Program-made: the position numbers and the translations under genes
Notes under the pieces: generated by a model
Seen by the model: the letters and a program-made list of their open reading frames with translations, nothing else
Told to the model about the DNA's origin: nothing
Database searches by the model: none
Shown: piece after piece, positions 24,221-37,900 of the stretch
How positions within the stretch are numbered: the stretch's first letter is position 1
How the letters are laid out: each line of letters begins with the position of its first letter
NCBI GenBank assembly: GCA_030704615.1
Contig: CM060733.1
Location: 7,254,001 to 7,318,000 of the forward strand
DNA from: Takakia lepidozioides
Taxonomy: Eukaryota > Plantae > Bryophyta
DNA: 64,000 nt
Reading direction: 5' to 3'

Positions 24221-24906
24221 ATGTCTGCGCCGTTTTCTGTGGTGGGCTACCCTTGTTCTGTGGTACAGGTGAGAATTCGTTGTTGTTTCGTTTTCTAATC
24301 TCTTGCAAGCTCATTATTTGTTCCATGGTTTCTCCTCTCAACTCACAACATCTTAATTCTGATTTTCTCTTTGTTGAATTTTCCACGGGTCCCTCTAAGT
24401 GCTGTTGTTGTTTATGTCTGTCCAGATGGCCTCCAACACTCATGCAGGCACGCCGATCCCTTTGGTATCGAGCAGGATCAGGCGTAGCTGTACCTTCCAG
24501 TGCAATATCTGCCTCGACCTTCCCAGTGAACCTGTACTTACCAGGCGGCCATGCATTTTTCTGGTCTTGCATCCATCGGTGGCTTAATAGGGGCTTCGAA
24601 AAATTGTGCCCCGTGTCCATGGAAGCTGTTGAACCTGACAAGGTAATTCCCATCTATGGCGGGCCTGAGGAACAAACCACAATGACGGCGAGCTGGTCTG
24701 AAGCTCCTGGAATTCCACCCCGCCCCAGGCCACTCAGGTCTACTGAGCTTACAAGTTCTGCCCCAATTACAAACTTAGTTAGAGCAGAACAAAGTATTGC
24801 TCCGAGTCCAGAAATCCTGTTGATTTCTCCGAATCGAGAAGAGACCTGGTTTGTGACTCTTCTGAGAAGGATGGTGGACTCAGCGGACTGGCCTCCACTC
24901 TACTAG
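24221..24906 (+). pseudogene. RMA1/RNF5-like C3HC4 RING E3 ligase pseudogene
   Basis: FQCNICLDLPSEPVLT, frameshift near 24540, then GGHAFFWSCIHRWL..CPVS..VIPIYG..IPPRP. TATAAA at about 23995, GT-AG intron 24269-24425. Several Zn ligands are lost. Confidence 0.75.
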
Positions 24907-26201
24907 TACAGTTTGAAGATTTAGTGAGGCTTTTCTTTCAATGGAAATTGTGGATCATGAATAAACATCGTCACCTTCGTTTGTGACACATTCTTAATTT
25001 GCTACGAATGTACAGTCACCTTATTTGGGTCTTTTACAAAGCTTTTACAGAGTTTTTGCGTAGGTTTTGTCACCACATTTATGACAAAGTGCACAAATCT
25101 ATGTCGACTAGCATTTTAGAAAACCACTAACAGAAAGAACATGAACTTGTAGATGCAGAAAATTATACAAGTGATAGCACTTGGACAAGATGATGCTCAT
25201 GAATCATATACTATAGTTGATTGAAACAGCAGTCTCCAGCTGGTAAGATTCAGGATATTTAATACTCAGGAGGTATCTCTTGCGTATTGATGTACACCAC
25301 TAGAGATTGAAATCTGCGCACCCATCAAAATGATCCAGGGCATGTGGCGCCTTTTATGCTTGTAGTACTCCGACTTTTTGTAGCATATACATTTGCAGTT
25401 GCATGTTTACAAGTCCCTTGACCTGCACAGTTCAGTTTAGGTAGAATTTTTGTATACATGGTCTTTCAATAATGTTTCAAACTATAGATAGAAAGAAAAT
25501 GATTGAGAGGCTAGGACATGCGGAAATCCTAGACCCGAATGCGATGGTGTATCTATAATTTATGCTTTAAATTACATGAAATTTGGATACTAAGTCATTC
25601 ATTGTGAAGAGCCTCAGATGCCTCCACTTTAAGGTCAGCAAGAAATGTAGCCACAACTTAAAAATTGGCAATAACTGCTGATCTGGGAGCTCTTGTTGGT
25701 TGCAAACGCGAGTTCCCAAGTCCATCTTTTGGGAATCTCCTTGTTCAACATTTGTAGTGTAAATTTTTTAATTCTGAGAGATTTGGGGGCAAGTAGCCTA
25801 GGAAATCAAATCTTGGGTTTTTACAAAGCTGAGGAGTACCAGCTTTGTGTGATGTGGTTGGTGGACAATTCACAAACCATCCATTGCACTCATGCAAGCC
25901 ATCCATCCACAAATGCACTTTGTCACAATCAGATGCAATTGCAGTGTGCAGTGCAGTCAAATATATACCTCAAGTAGATTATGGACATTGCAAATGATCA
26001 GCCTCTCAGTACCTGGTCTTCCTCTTTGCCATTGGGTGATCCCTTTGTCAATCTTTAATAGTATAAAACATCCTTCACTGCAGGAGCTTGCTCTCTGCCT
26101 ACTGACATCTGTCAACAACATGCCCTGACATGAGGTCTTGAGATTTCCAAGCTTCAAAATAATTTCAGCCCTTATGTTTGAAGCCACACATACTCCTTGT
26201 T

Positions 26202-29200
26202 TCACCAGTAATCACCACAAGAACAGGCCCCATCTTGGAAGCGGTGAAAGCGATTGGCATCCCGTACAACAAACGTTCGCCCAATAATCTTTGAGATGAA
26301 CTTGGTGGCTTTATGGCAGTCATAACAGACACGGAGGTTCTTGATGACATGGATAGGCGTCCCAGGGGGTGTGCTGATGAGCCCAAAAGCAATTGCCACC
26401 TGCTCACTGTGGTGGCAAAGAGAAAACTCATGCTCCTCGATATCATGCAAGAATGTTTCAGGCACATACCCTGCGTCCTTCATCTTCCCAGACAATATCT
26501 TCAGCTCAGCGTAGATTTCTTCAATTTGTGGATGTGACATTCCTTCTCCAATGAATGTATGCACCTGGTTCCCAACCTGAATGTTGCTGAGGCTTGTCTC
26601 CTTTCTGATGCCTCTCTCCCGCATCATTTTCCTCAGCTGTGCTTGATCCTCCCACCTGCCAACTGCAGCATAAATGTTTGAGAGTAGCACATAAGCTGCA
26701 GTCTGCTGAGGATCAATGTTCAAAATGCTTTTAGCAGCACGCTCTGCTATATTTACATTACCATGTTTTCTGCAGGCACCAAGCAGGGCCCCCCACACCC
26801 CAGCACTTGGTGGGATTGGCATTTTGCTAATAAATTCCTCTGCCTCATCTAATTTCCCTGCACGGCCAAGAAGGTCCACCACACAGCCAAAATGCTCCAC
26901 TGTAGGAGAGAGGCCATGATCTCGGGTCATCGACTCAAAGTAATCCCGGCCTTCAATCACTAGGCCCCCATGGCTACACGCAGAGAGAAGAGATGTGAAA
27001 GTAGTAGTGTCGGGCTTCAAGCCTTCTTGTTGCATGCGCTTAAATAGTGTAAGGACCTCCCTACCACACCCATGCTGAGCATATCCACCAATCATTGCAG
27101 TCCACGAGACTGTGTTTCGTTCAGCCATATTGTTGAACACATGATAGGCGTCCTTTAAACTCCCGCACTTGGCATACATATTAACAAGGGTATTCTCCAG
27201 CTTGACACATGTTGCAATGCCAGCTTTCATGATGTCAGCATGGACTTCTTTGCCCTTTTCCAGGATTCCTAGGCTAGCACATGCATTGAGAATGCATATG
27301 TATGTGACCCAATTGGGCGTCACCCCTTCCTTTTGCATTTGCTCATAGAGCTCAAAAGCCTCCCTACCACACCCATGCTGAGCATATCCTGCAATCATTG
27401 CACTGAATGAGACCACATTTTGTTCAGCCATATTGTCAAATACTTGCCGGGCATCCTTCATGCTTCCACAGTTGGCGTACATGTCAGCAAGGGCAGTATC
27501 CAGAATGATATCTGGGGCAATTCCAGCTTTGATGATGGCAAAATGCACCTCTTTGCCCTTTTCCAAGATTCCTAGGCTAGCACACGCATTGAGGATGCAA
27601 ATGAATGTGACCCTATTGGGTGTCACCCCTTCTCGTTGCATTTGCTCATACAATGCAAAAGCCTCTCTACCACACCCGTGCTGGGCATATCCTGCAATCA
27701 TCACACTCCATGAGACCACATTTCGTTCAGCCATGTTGTCGAAAACGTCACATGCATCCTTCATCCTCCCGCATTTGGCGTACATATCAGCAAGCGTACT
27801 CTCCAAATCTACATGCGAGCCAATTCTAGCTTTGATAAGGTCAGAATGGACCTCCCTCCCCTTTTCCAGGGCTCCTAGGCTGGCACACACATTCAGAATG
27901 CAAATAAAAGTGATCCTGTTGGGTGCCACCCCTTCCCATTTCATTTTCTCATATATTTCAAAAGCCTCCCTACCACACCCAAACTTAGCATATCCAGCTA
28001 TCATCGTGTTCCAGGTACACCGATCTCGTTCAGGCATTTTGTCAAATAGTTGGCGTGCAGCCACCATGCTACCGCACTTGGCATACATATTGACAAGGGT
28101 GTTGAGTAGGAAGATGTTAAGCTTGTATCCACGTCGGATGATATGGGCGTGCACCTGCTTTCCCTCTGCTAGACGTTTCCTGTTGATGCACTCCTGCAAG
28201 ACACAGACGTATGTATTGAAGTCTGCCTGAATACCTTTTTGGTTCAAAACGTGCAGTGCCTCTTTGAGTCGTCCTTCCTTACATAATATCCTCACATCCC
28301 TACTAGTGCCAGAAGAGTTCTCATTGACTCCCTCTCTTGGCTCTCTTTCCAAAGCACCGCAGGTGCTAATCCCACCGCCACTCTGAAGTTGAACAAATAA
28401 TTTTGTCTGATTCAACCCTGCTATCCTGCACAAACAGAGAGTTTTCGTTACAAAACATGGCACTCTCCTTGGTTCGCCAGGATTAAAATCTGGTTCTCAT
28501 GATTGGATGTCCCAGGGAACTGCTCTTTGTAGACTTATGGCCTCTATCAGCCCAAACACAAACAAGCAGTCAATTTCACATCCGAAAGCTGCTAGGTACT
28601 TCTAAGAATTATTCTTCATGAGGATAGGCTTCTTCCTGCATATTGATAGGATACCAAACTACTGCACTCATCTACTTCAAGATAAAAGTGGAAATTATCA
28701 GTTCAATTGAAAAACTTGACCATCATCAAGACGGTACCCGTTGTACTTTCGGCCAGGAGCTCCAGGGTGTACATGGACATTAGGCATGTCAACCCAAAGA
28801 CCTCCTCTATTCGCTTATGTCTGCAGTCTGGTCATCTTGGACTCTTCTCTGCAGAACACAAATGAGCAGGCTGAGCAGCCACAGCTTCAACCATGGCAGC
28901 AGGCTGCACAAGGTCCAGAGAAGAACAGAGAGGACCTTGAACAACCTCCTATGATGCCCTGCTAACAAGAAAGACCAACCTACAGCAGTAAGATTTGAGT
29001 ATTTAGCTGATGAAGAAAAAACTTGCCATCAACCTGTGCAACTGGAGGTACAATCCAGTCCAACACATCATCATGCCTTCAATACAAGCCGTCCTTGTCA
29101 GACTCATTCATACCCAAATGAAAACAACCTTACCTTCTCAATCTGTTGTGCTGCCACTGCGAAGCATCTGAGAAGAACTCCTTCCAAAGGAATTCCATGC

Positions 29201-30611
29201 TCATTGACTGACCTGCACATAATAATTGCAAGAACATTGAGAAACTTGAATGCTTCCAATTCCCTTGGACTATATTGAGGAGATCAAATGTTCCTTTGCA
29301 AAGCAGTTCTACTTCTCTGGGCTTTTTCTCTGTCTCATACTAAGGAGGAACCTGAAAAGGTATCAAACAGTTTAAATATTGTAGAAGCAAAGGGAAAGCT
29401 TGTGTTGGCCAAGGCCACCCTTCAGCCAGATTGATTGTGATGATACTCACATTCTTCCACAGCCCGTGTTTGACCAGACTCAGGCTTCTCATCATAAACT
29501 GTAATCCTACCAGAATCTGGACTCCCGTCTTGAATATTCAATAAAGCTCCAATGCTCACTCCAGAATGTGAGCCATACTCTGATATCCATCCACCATCCC
29601 ATTGTGCTTAGGCGTTCTATGCTTATTGCTTGGCCTGCATGCAAACACCACTTGAACATAAATCTAAAGCAGCTCCGGAATGCAGATATAGACTTCCCCT
29701 AAAATCTCCCCTCTCTGTCTCTCTCTGCCTACAGTGGTGAGACTAGCACTGCAATAAGAGAAGCTGTTTTTACCAAGGCTCCCGCCAACACCCCAATTCA
29801 CTGTCTTCAGATTTTGTTGGCTGTGAACGAGCACCTCGTGATTCTTGGTTGAGTTTCTATACCCTGATAGTTGAAACCCCACAACTAGCTCCAGCCAGGT
29901 TATACCCAAACAAAAATATGCCCTCAAGGGTGGGTCATTGTCAAGTTTAGTAAGGCACAGTCGCACATCTCTCCCTGCCCTTTATCCATCCCACACTGTG
30001 CCTGGAAATTGTCTGCAGTGCCTAGCTAGAACAGCAACGTCTTCGATAAAGCCCGCTGCGCTTATGAGCAGGGATAAGATACTTTGCATCTTTTTCGATT
30101 TTCAAAGGATTTTCTGTGCGGTATGAGCCAGCCCTAACCATATAGCAAGCCAGGTGGGAATTGACCCCCAATGTCCCAAAGACAAAGTCATGCAAACTGA
30201 GTAACTCTCTCAAATGTAATGAACGAAAGAAGAGAAAATCCACACTACGTTCCTCAGCCCATGTGTACGCATCAACAGCGAGCTTCTTCGCCTAACCGCG
30301 TTAATTTCAACTGGTATGAGGCCAATATGGAGCCCGGACTGATGCGAAGTACAAATTAAAGACAGTGTAGAATTAAAAAACAAGTTCAAAGGCATACTTT
30401 TGGTCAGATTCCCTGGAGGTTGGGGAGGCATCACTTGCCAACGTCTGGAGCCCGGCATTGGAAAGTTGCACGCCCATTTCAGCTCCAAAAAATTCCCCGA
30501 CGATGTGCTGCATGATGCGAGGCCTCCCGCCCCACCACCGCAAAGGAACGACAGGGCTTTGGGAGTGCTGTCTCGCAGCTCCCGCAGGAGGGCACCACAG
30601 CACGCTGCCAT
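26202..30611 (-). CDS. PLS-class PPR-E-DYW RNA editing factor (paralog 1)
   Basis: Main exon 28425-26202 has P-L-S triplets, E domain, HSE, CYDC and the terminal CSCGDYW. Predicted upstream exons 30611-30398 (transit-peptide-like, phase 1) and 29212-29134 (79 nt) give an open frame. Confidence 0.9.
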
Positions 30612-30699
30612 CCCCTGTAACTCATGGAGGCAGGAGGGAAACTCTGAAGAGAGAGGGCCCAGGGGACCCAACAACATTAGCCTAACGTGCTCGTTATGA

Positions 30700-30792
30700 G
30701 TCGCCTTTAGCTAACGGCCCGGTTCGGTCATCGCTGTTAGGTTAACGGCCTGACATGCCGTTAACTGACAGATGATTTAGTAAACGGCTCAG
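30700..30792. promoter_or_regulatory. Divergent promoter region with a cluster of AACGG (MSA-like) elements
   Basis: CTAACGGCC, TTAACGGCC, GCCGTTAA and TAAACGGCT lie within about 80 bp, between the PPR paralog 1 start and the CT-rich leader of the NHR2-like gene. Confidence 0.45.
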
Positions 30793-32237
30793 AGTCAGCC
30801 ACATGCTTAGAGTCTCCTTCTTTCTTCTTCTCGGATTCCTGCGAAGGCTGTTTGAGCGTGATTGCTGCAGAGCTTCAGAAGAAGACGAGATTGTCAACAC
30901 GGTTCGACAGGGAAGAGGAGATTTCTGAAGCTGTTCATTGCATCCACTCCCAAACTTCTGGAAACGGTACTTTTCCCGGGATTTCCTTTCTTTGTTTTTG
31001 CTGTGAGCTGATGGTGTGCGAGAGAGGTACAGCGATTTAGACATAGGAAACAGAACGATTTCCTTTTTCTGGAGAGATGGGAGAGTATTTTCACGGATTA
31101 TTTCTCGGGGGAGATTAGGCTATCGCCAATTTTCTGATCTCTGGTCACTGACACGATTGATTGATGTATTAAGCAGACACATAGACGGAGACCTGGTAGG
31201 TAGAGGGTTGTGCTGATTCGAGACATTGGTCAGTAGCATGAGGGTGAAAGTCTGGCATCATCTGAGTCACTACTCTGGTTTGGAAACAGTGTTGTGAAGG
31301 CACTATACTACATTGTGTATGAAGGGTATCCCATTTGAGGCGAGTAGATCTCTTAACCGGTTTCTCAAACACGTCCACATCTGATAACAAAGCTGCTGTA
31401 GGGGGAACACACATCAGGATTATCAACAAATAAGAGAAGACTTTATTAAGTTTGAGAGGATCCTACATCTTTGCATCTGCAAGTCGTGTGTATCCAGTTG
31501 GGTTTGGGCATAACCACACTCCGTTCAATGAGTGGAGGCAAACCCTCCCTCTAGATGATCTCCCAAGAGTTAGGTCCATTATAACTAGGGAGCTTAAAAG
31601 GAAGGGTAAGGAGGGAGGAGGATGTCCACAATATTTGTAGCTCGGAATCTCAGGCCAGTGTGGGTTACTAGTGAAGCCATCGTTGTGTAGTTCAGCCATG
31701 GTGATGGCAACACTGAGGACACAAGGTACTTTTAGGTCATGGAATGGACTAGAAAAGCTAGTTAGCTAGACATCCTTCCAAGTAAATCTACTATATTGCC
31801 TCACAATTGCCAGTTGAACCGACCTGAAGGACTGATTTTGCAGCGTGCATTTTGTGTCCAGTAACCACTTTTCACATTGTTATAACGTTATAACGAATGA
31901 GGTTACTGTATTTCATTGTTAGAGTGGAAAGCCCATCATGAATATGGGACTCCTAATCTGTCTTCTTTTCTTCTGCAAACTGGGTGGCACAAACAATGAA
32001 ATGAGCCGTTGGGTAGAGACTCCAGGAAATCCAGGCACTAACTCACCAGCACAAACAATGAAATGAGCCGTGGGGTAGACTCCAGGAAATCCAGGCACTA
32101 ACTCACCACGAGAGACAAGCACCTTCTGCCGTGCCGTGAACAGCGAAAGATGTTTTGTGTGTGTCATAAAGGTATTGTTCGTTGAATTCTGTTAGACATT
32201 GGCAATTTTGTCTGTCACAGCAGTTAAGGAGGGAGAA

Positions 32238-33963
32238 ATGGCATTCTCGATGAGAAGTGAGAACAATTGTGGATCCGACCTTGTTACCCAAGCAGTGGAG
32301 AGGTGCCCCTTTCTCAGAAACATTGCAGAACCAACTGCATTTTCGTTCTCCTCATTCAGCTCCCTGTCCCCTGTAAGTGTTTTCTGTCTTTGTGTGTGTG
32401 TGTGTGTCGCCTCGCTCTCTCTCAGCTCTCTTTGTCTTAATCTCTGTCTCTCTCTCTCTCCTTCTGTGGATATGTTTGTGTTACTTCTCTATGTTTCTGT
32501 TAGCTATGTCATGGGCCCTTTGGCCTCCCGTGGACGTAATGAACCTATTGCTCTATCTGTCTCACTCTTTCGTGTACAGAGTTCCTGCCAAAGTGTCACA
32601 GCACTGCTCATTGGCAGCTTGTTAGTGTTGTGCAGATTGAAAGGTTTCCTTGGATGTCGTTGTGTTGGCTTGCTGCAGGAGACTTTTGACTGTTGGAAGT
32701 ATCCATGATATGACTAATCGTGGACTTCAAGTCATTATAGATATTAGCACCTAATTTCATACCAGATTTAATACTGGATATTTGAGGTCTCACAGATTGT
32801 ACTACTATTAGGACTTAAAAGGTAGTCAACAGTTTGGCAGACCTACTTATGATATTTTTTCTTTCATAAGCTGACCAATTTGTGGTGTGTTGTATGTTGG
32901 AGGGGGGTGTAACTAGTTTTACATGTGATTCAAATTGACTCTTTTCCCACGGATGGGTTGGTTTTTCTGTTCAGGTACAGGCAAATGCTCCGCGAGGCCC
33001 AATTTTTGAGGATGGGCACAGCTTCGATACCATGTTTCGTCTTTTCCACGGTCGTGATGGTTTGGTTCCTTTGTCTGAAGGTCGTTCAACAGGTCTCCAT
33101 GCCACTAGCCCAACGAAAGATTTGCCCCTGGCACATACCATGGATTTTCACCCACTGGCTGCTTCAGCAGCCTCTATCAGTCTCTCATCATTTGGTGGGG
33201 GAGGGCCCTTCAGCTTTGATGCTTTCATGCGCAAACAGAAGGCGGACAACTTGAAGAAAAACAAGTCTGGGAAGGAACCCACTCCTGATAATACCAATGT
33301 ATGCCCAAAGACCCTTTTGGTTTTTCCCATTTGCTCTTTCTCTCTCCCTCTCTTTCTGGCAAATCTCATTAAATCCAAGATTGCTGAATGCAGGGACAAT
33401 CGCATGAAGCTGTAGGCAACGAATGGCTCGCAACTGGGAAGTGTCCAATTTCAAAATCATACCGGGCACTCAGTGGAGTGCTACCCTTGGTAGCCAAAGC
33501 ATTGACACCACCCCCGGGGATCAAATACAAGTGTCCACCAGCAATCATGGCTGCCCGTGCTGCATTGGCCAAGACCCCTGCTGTAAAAGCTCTAAGGCCT
33601 CTAGCGCTACCCACTAAAGTTCTAGCAATTGGAGCTCTGGGAATGGCTCTCAATATTCCGTTAGGAGTCTGGAGAGAACACACTAAGAAGTTCTCTCCAG
33701 AGTGGTTTGTGGCAGTGCATGCATCAGTCCCTTTTGTTGCAATGCTAAGGAAAGCCGTCCTCATGCCCAAATATGCCATGGCTTTCACCATTGCGTCCGC
33801 TATTCTTGGCCAAGTCATTGGATCCCGAGCTGAGAGAACCCGACTTGCGAACTCAAAGAGTGCGTATAGTGTCCACCAGGAGTGTGCCAAGGAAGCATGG
33901 GTTGTGCCAACTTCACTCGGGGCAATTTCATCGCCATCATCAGCCTCTGTTGCTGTGTGCTAA
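32238..33963 (+). CDS. Conserved plant protein, NHR2A/NHR2B-like (At5g45410/At4g25030 family)
   Basis: Exons 32238-32372, 32975-33298 and 33394-33963 with GT-AG joins. Motifs RCPFLRNI, GPIFEDG..FRLFHG, EWLATGKCPISKSYRA and WREHTKKFSPEWFVAVHA. Confidence 0.85.
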
Positions 33964-34983
33964 GCTCTTGAGACATCAATAAGACTGTCAGTGAAGATTG
34001 TTTGGAGCGTTGAGGAACTAGTCTGCTATTTTTTGGTGTCAAACAGCAGCCATGGCTGGCTCAAATGGCATACTCGTGCATCACTGTACTGGTTAGGGTA
34101 GGTAGACTAAAGGGAATTCTGTCCGCCGGACTGTGTCCAGTAGTCTTTGTTCGGCTTTGCTGTCAGGTAGTGACCATGCATGCAGTTGCTTCACTTTCTG
34201 AGCCGGTATGGATAGCTGATTGGGCCTGGCCTGGACCAGGGTGAATAAATGAATCTCAACTTGTTCACCTGCTTCTAATTTAAGATGAGGTTTGTTTCAC
34301 GGGGAACAGCAATATAGCCTTTTCTCTGAGCTCTCCACAATTCAAGTTAGGCTGTTGAACAGGAGCATTGGTAAGACATCCTTGCAAAATTGCAGTGGGT
34401 GGGAACTGTATGGGATTAAGGAAACCGTGATATAGTGGGGGTTTAGAGTTCTACACCAAAAATGGTTAAGCACAAGGACATACAACATGAGGCACTGTGA
34501 GGTAGCTCGTGGATTATCAACTATCAAATCATCACGAGGTGCATTAGTCTGGTTGCTACCAGTAGATTCAGCCTGCATTCTCTTGAAGTCCAGGAGAAGG
34601 TCAGAAGAGGGTTCTGAAAATGTGAGGGGATATGATGTTGCAGCTATGCCAGGAAGCAGGAGAGAGAGAGAGGCAGTATTCCGGCCATATCCTGCATAAC
34701 TAAGAGCCACTTCAAGGCGAGAAAACAGAAATTAGGTGGTGTTGTCATAACCAATCCGTTGCATAACCGACATACAAACCATCTGGGATTCTGCGGATGG
34801 TCCGCCACGTGTGATTTTGGATATCATGATTTAGTCGTGACGTTAGTGCACCAGCTGTTGACTTACACTTTGTTCCTCATCTCTCTCGGATGACTGCGTG
34901 ATTAGAGAAGCCAAACCCAATACTCCGTTTTCTCCTTGCGTTGTGTTGAACGGGCAGGAAGCCTCTCATTATGTAGCAGATTC

Positions 34984-37900
34984 ATGGACCAGGCTGTGGA
35001 GCTGAAATGGGCATCCATACTTGTAATGCAGAGCCGGGAATCCTTCCAAGGGCTGGCTTTGACGCCTCCCAAGCCTCCAGGGACACAGAAGAAAGGTATC
35101 AATGTCTAAGACTTCCACTATTTTTTGGAGTCTCTAACCTGTGCACATCGGAGTGATCCATGATCCCGATTATTCTAGAGCTATGTGAGCCTAATCTACA
35201 GCCTTTTTGGTCGAGGATTTCGACACAAGGTCACTGTAAATGGCTAGTGTAATTGACGTCCTTTCCTCAGCTCCTCAGTATCAGCCTCAACATCCTGCGA
35301 TGTCTGAAAATTCTGGTATACTTGTCGACTAATTTATGCGGCTTGCTTGGAGCCCATAACCCGTTAACCTGGTTTTGGTCAAATATAGCTCCTCCAATCC
35401 ACTCTGACAAGTTCCAAGAGGTGAAAGCATTTTCATCTCGCTCCTAGTTGATACGCATTGTTGTGATTCCTGGGGCGGAGGAGAACCATAATGGTTAGTC
35501 ACATGCTCAACGGGACAGAGAGATGTAATCACCGTTGAAAATTGCGTACTGAGAATATTGTCCCGCAGCATAAAAATCCTCCGGGAGCCAGTTTGTGGGT
35601 TTCCGTTCTATCCCGCGCACAGCCTACGGCAATCCGTTTACATGGAATGAGTGTCCTGGACTGCAGAAACAATGCTAGAAAACATCAATTTCATTCCAGG
35701 ATTGCTGGACACCCCCCAAAATCCGATACAGATACTGTAATTGCGCTGCCAGTTACACTACTGGGGAAAGGGCAGGGGGGTCAATAGAGACACGATGTAC
35801 TCATTCACAGCTCCCTGCAAACTGTCTATGATCGCCCTTAAGCCTGGTGAGACGTTCTAGCAATGTCCATTCCAAAACTAGTGCTGTAGCGCCTAGTTTT
35901 GTGACGAATAGGGCAGAGAGAGGGGCCCAGAGATTGAAAGAGAGACAGGGAGAGAAGAAAGAAGAAGCAACATATTTTTGAAGACCACTATACTACGAGA
36001 GGACCAAGAGGTATTTTGTGGAAGCCTAGAATATTATAACCCATGCCATTAGGTGCTGGTAAAAATCTTATTTGCTGGTGTTTGCATGCAGGCCAAGCAA
36101 CAAGCAACAGCTTTGGCAGGAGTTCATGTCAGATCCTTTGCACAGGTTGGACCATAAGTATGATGAGGTGAGGGTATCTATATTATTTTCCAATCTTAAA
36201 AGTTAGAGAGGACAGTATGGAAGTTGATGTTCTCAAAGTTGTGACCTGTTGTTTCAAGCAATGCTGTGGAGCTTTGGTGGCAGCCTGGTTATCAGGCTGT
36301 GGTTGCTCAGTTCCACACCGGTGGTTTTCACAGAAACATCCAAGGTCCCCAGACTTCATACATAAGTGCAGAAACGAGGACATTTATATTGAGATTCCAG
36401 CAAAGCCCCCTTGGGAAAAAACAACACTAGCGACCATGGATGGTGATATCAGAGTATGACTCTAACTTTGGTGTGGACATTGGAGCTCCATTGAAGTTTC
36501 GAGATGGGCGAGAAGATTTTGTTGGGATAGCAGATTCTAGTGGAATTACACAGTCTGATAAAACATGGGCTGTGGAGGACAGTTTGTATCCCCCAGAATC
36601 AATGCTTGAAGCCTTGGCCTTATAAACCTCTTCCTCCACTTATGCAACGTCTAATGGTAGGTATTTTTTAATCCTTTGTGTGTGCATCAGGCAGGGAAGT
36701 GCCCGGAATAACTTGCACCGAAATGTTATTCAAAGCTACAATAGCAGTTCTCGTTACGTGCGAGGCCATTGGAGCTTCAACATTCTCACATAAGACCAGC
36801 TCTTGGATGCAGGTTAAGCAATGAGTAAACAGTGGCTCTGGAATGGGTTCTTCTCAGATCCTTCACGGTCGTGGGACAACATGTGTGACAAGGTGAGGCT
36901 ATTTCCATTTAGGACGAGAGGGTTGTGGCTGAAGCTGGCATCGTGATGTGTAGTGGACTGGATTGTATCTCCTTGAGTAATGGCAATCTTTCTCTATTGC
37001 TGCTTTTGGACAGCATGAAAGTAGGTTATTGAAGATCACTCCCAATTATTTCAAAGATGTTTAGATCTTTGGTAGTTGTAGCCTGCTCTCTGGGAGGCTG
37101 TGCTGGAAGCTATGGCCGCTGCATGGTTTTCACAGAGAAGTCCAAGATCAACGGACTTCAGACACAAGTGCACAAAGGAGGTGCTGTGGATTCAGAGTTG
37201 GTCGAACCCTGCTTGGTTGAAAGCAGAGCTAGCTGCCATGATACAAGGTCAAGTACAACCTAGTGATGGTTCAGATGGCGGTGTACAACATGGAGCTCCA
37301 AGCCTAGAGTGCAACGGGTATTATTTTGATGATAATTGAAGGGTTCCAATTCAAAAGGATAAAAATGGAACAGCTTAGTCTCAACATAGATGACAGTTTT
37401 GTAACCCTCTTAATATCTAGCATGAAGCCTGTCTTCACGAAGAGATCTTTCTTGTAGGATCTAGTAGCTTTGGGCGATATTATTTGAGTCGCGAGTGGAA
37501 AAATCTGAAGTTAGGAGTTTTGAGACGTGCAGGCTGGCAGGGTTGAGTGCAACACAGCTGTTTGTTGGACATCAGACCGGCCCCAAGGGTAGCACTGCCA
37601 CTGTCACTACTGCTTTTGGAGGAGCACCAAAAGAGGGAGTCGTCAACAAGGATTCTACTGGCACTCCTGACTATATGAGGACACTAAGTAAGGCAGGACG
37701 AGTGAAAGAGGCACTGCACATTTTGAACCAATCAGGCATTCGAGCAGACTCCAATACTTATGTCTGGCTCTTACAGGAGTGCATCAACATGAAAGATTTA
37801 GCAGGGGGAAAGCAGGTGCAGGCCCAAATCATTCAAAGTGGACACAAGCCAAACCTCTTACTACTCAACACCCTTGTGAACATGTTTGCCAAGTGTGGGA

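Noticed and set aside
27433-28230. 265-aa antisense ORF and similar ORFs opposite the PPR genes
   Set aside because: Shadow ORFs of repetitive PPR coding sequence, with no independent motifs.
31988-32108. About 60-bp direct repeat upstream of the NHR2-like CDS
   Set aside because: A simple local duplication in a probable 5' UTR intron, with no sign of function.
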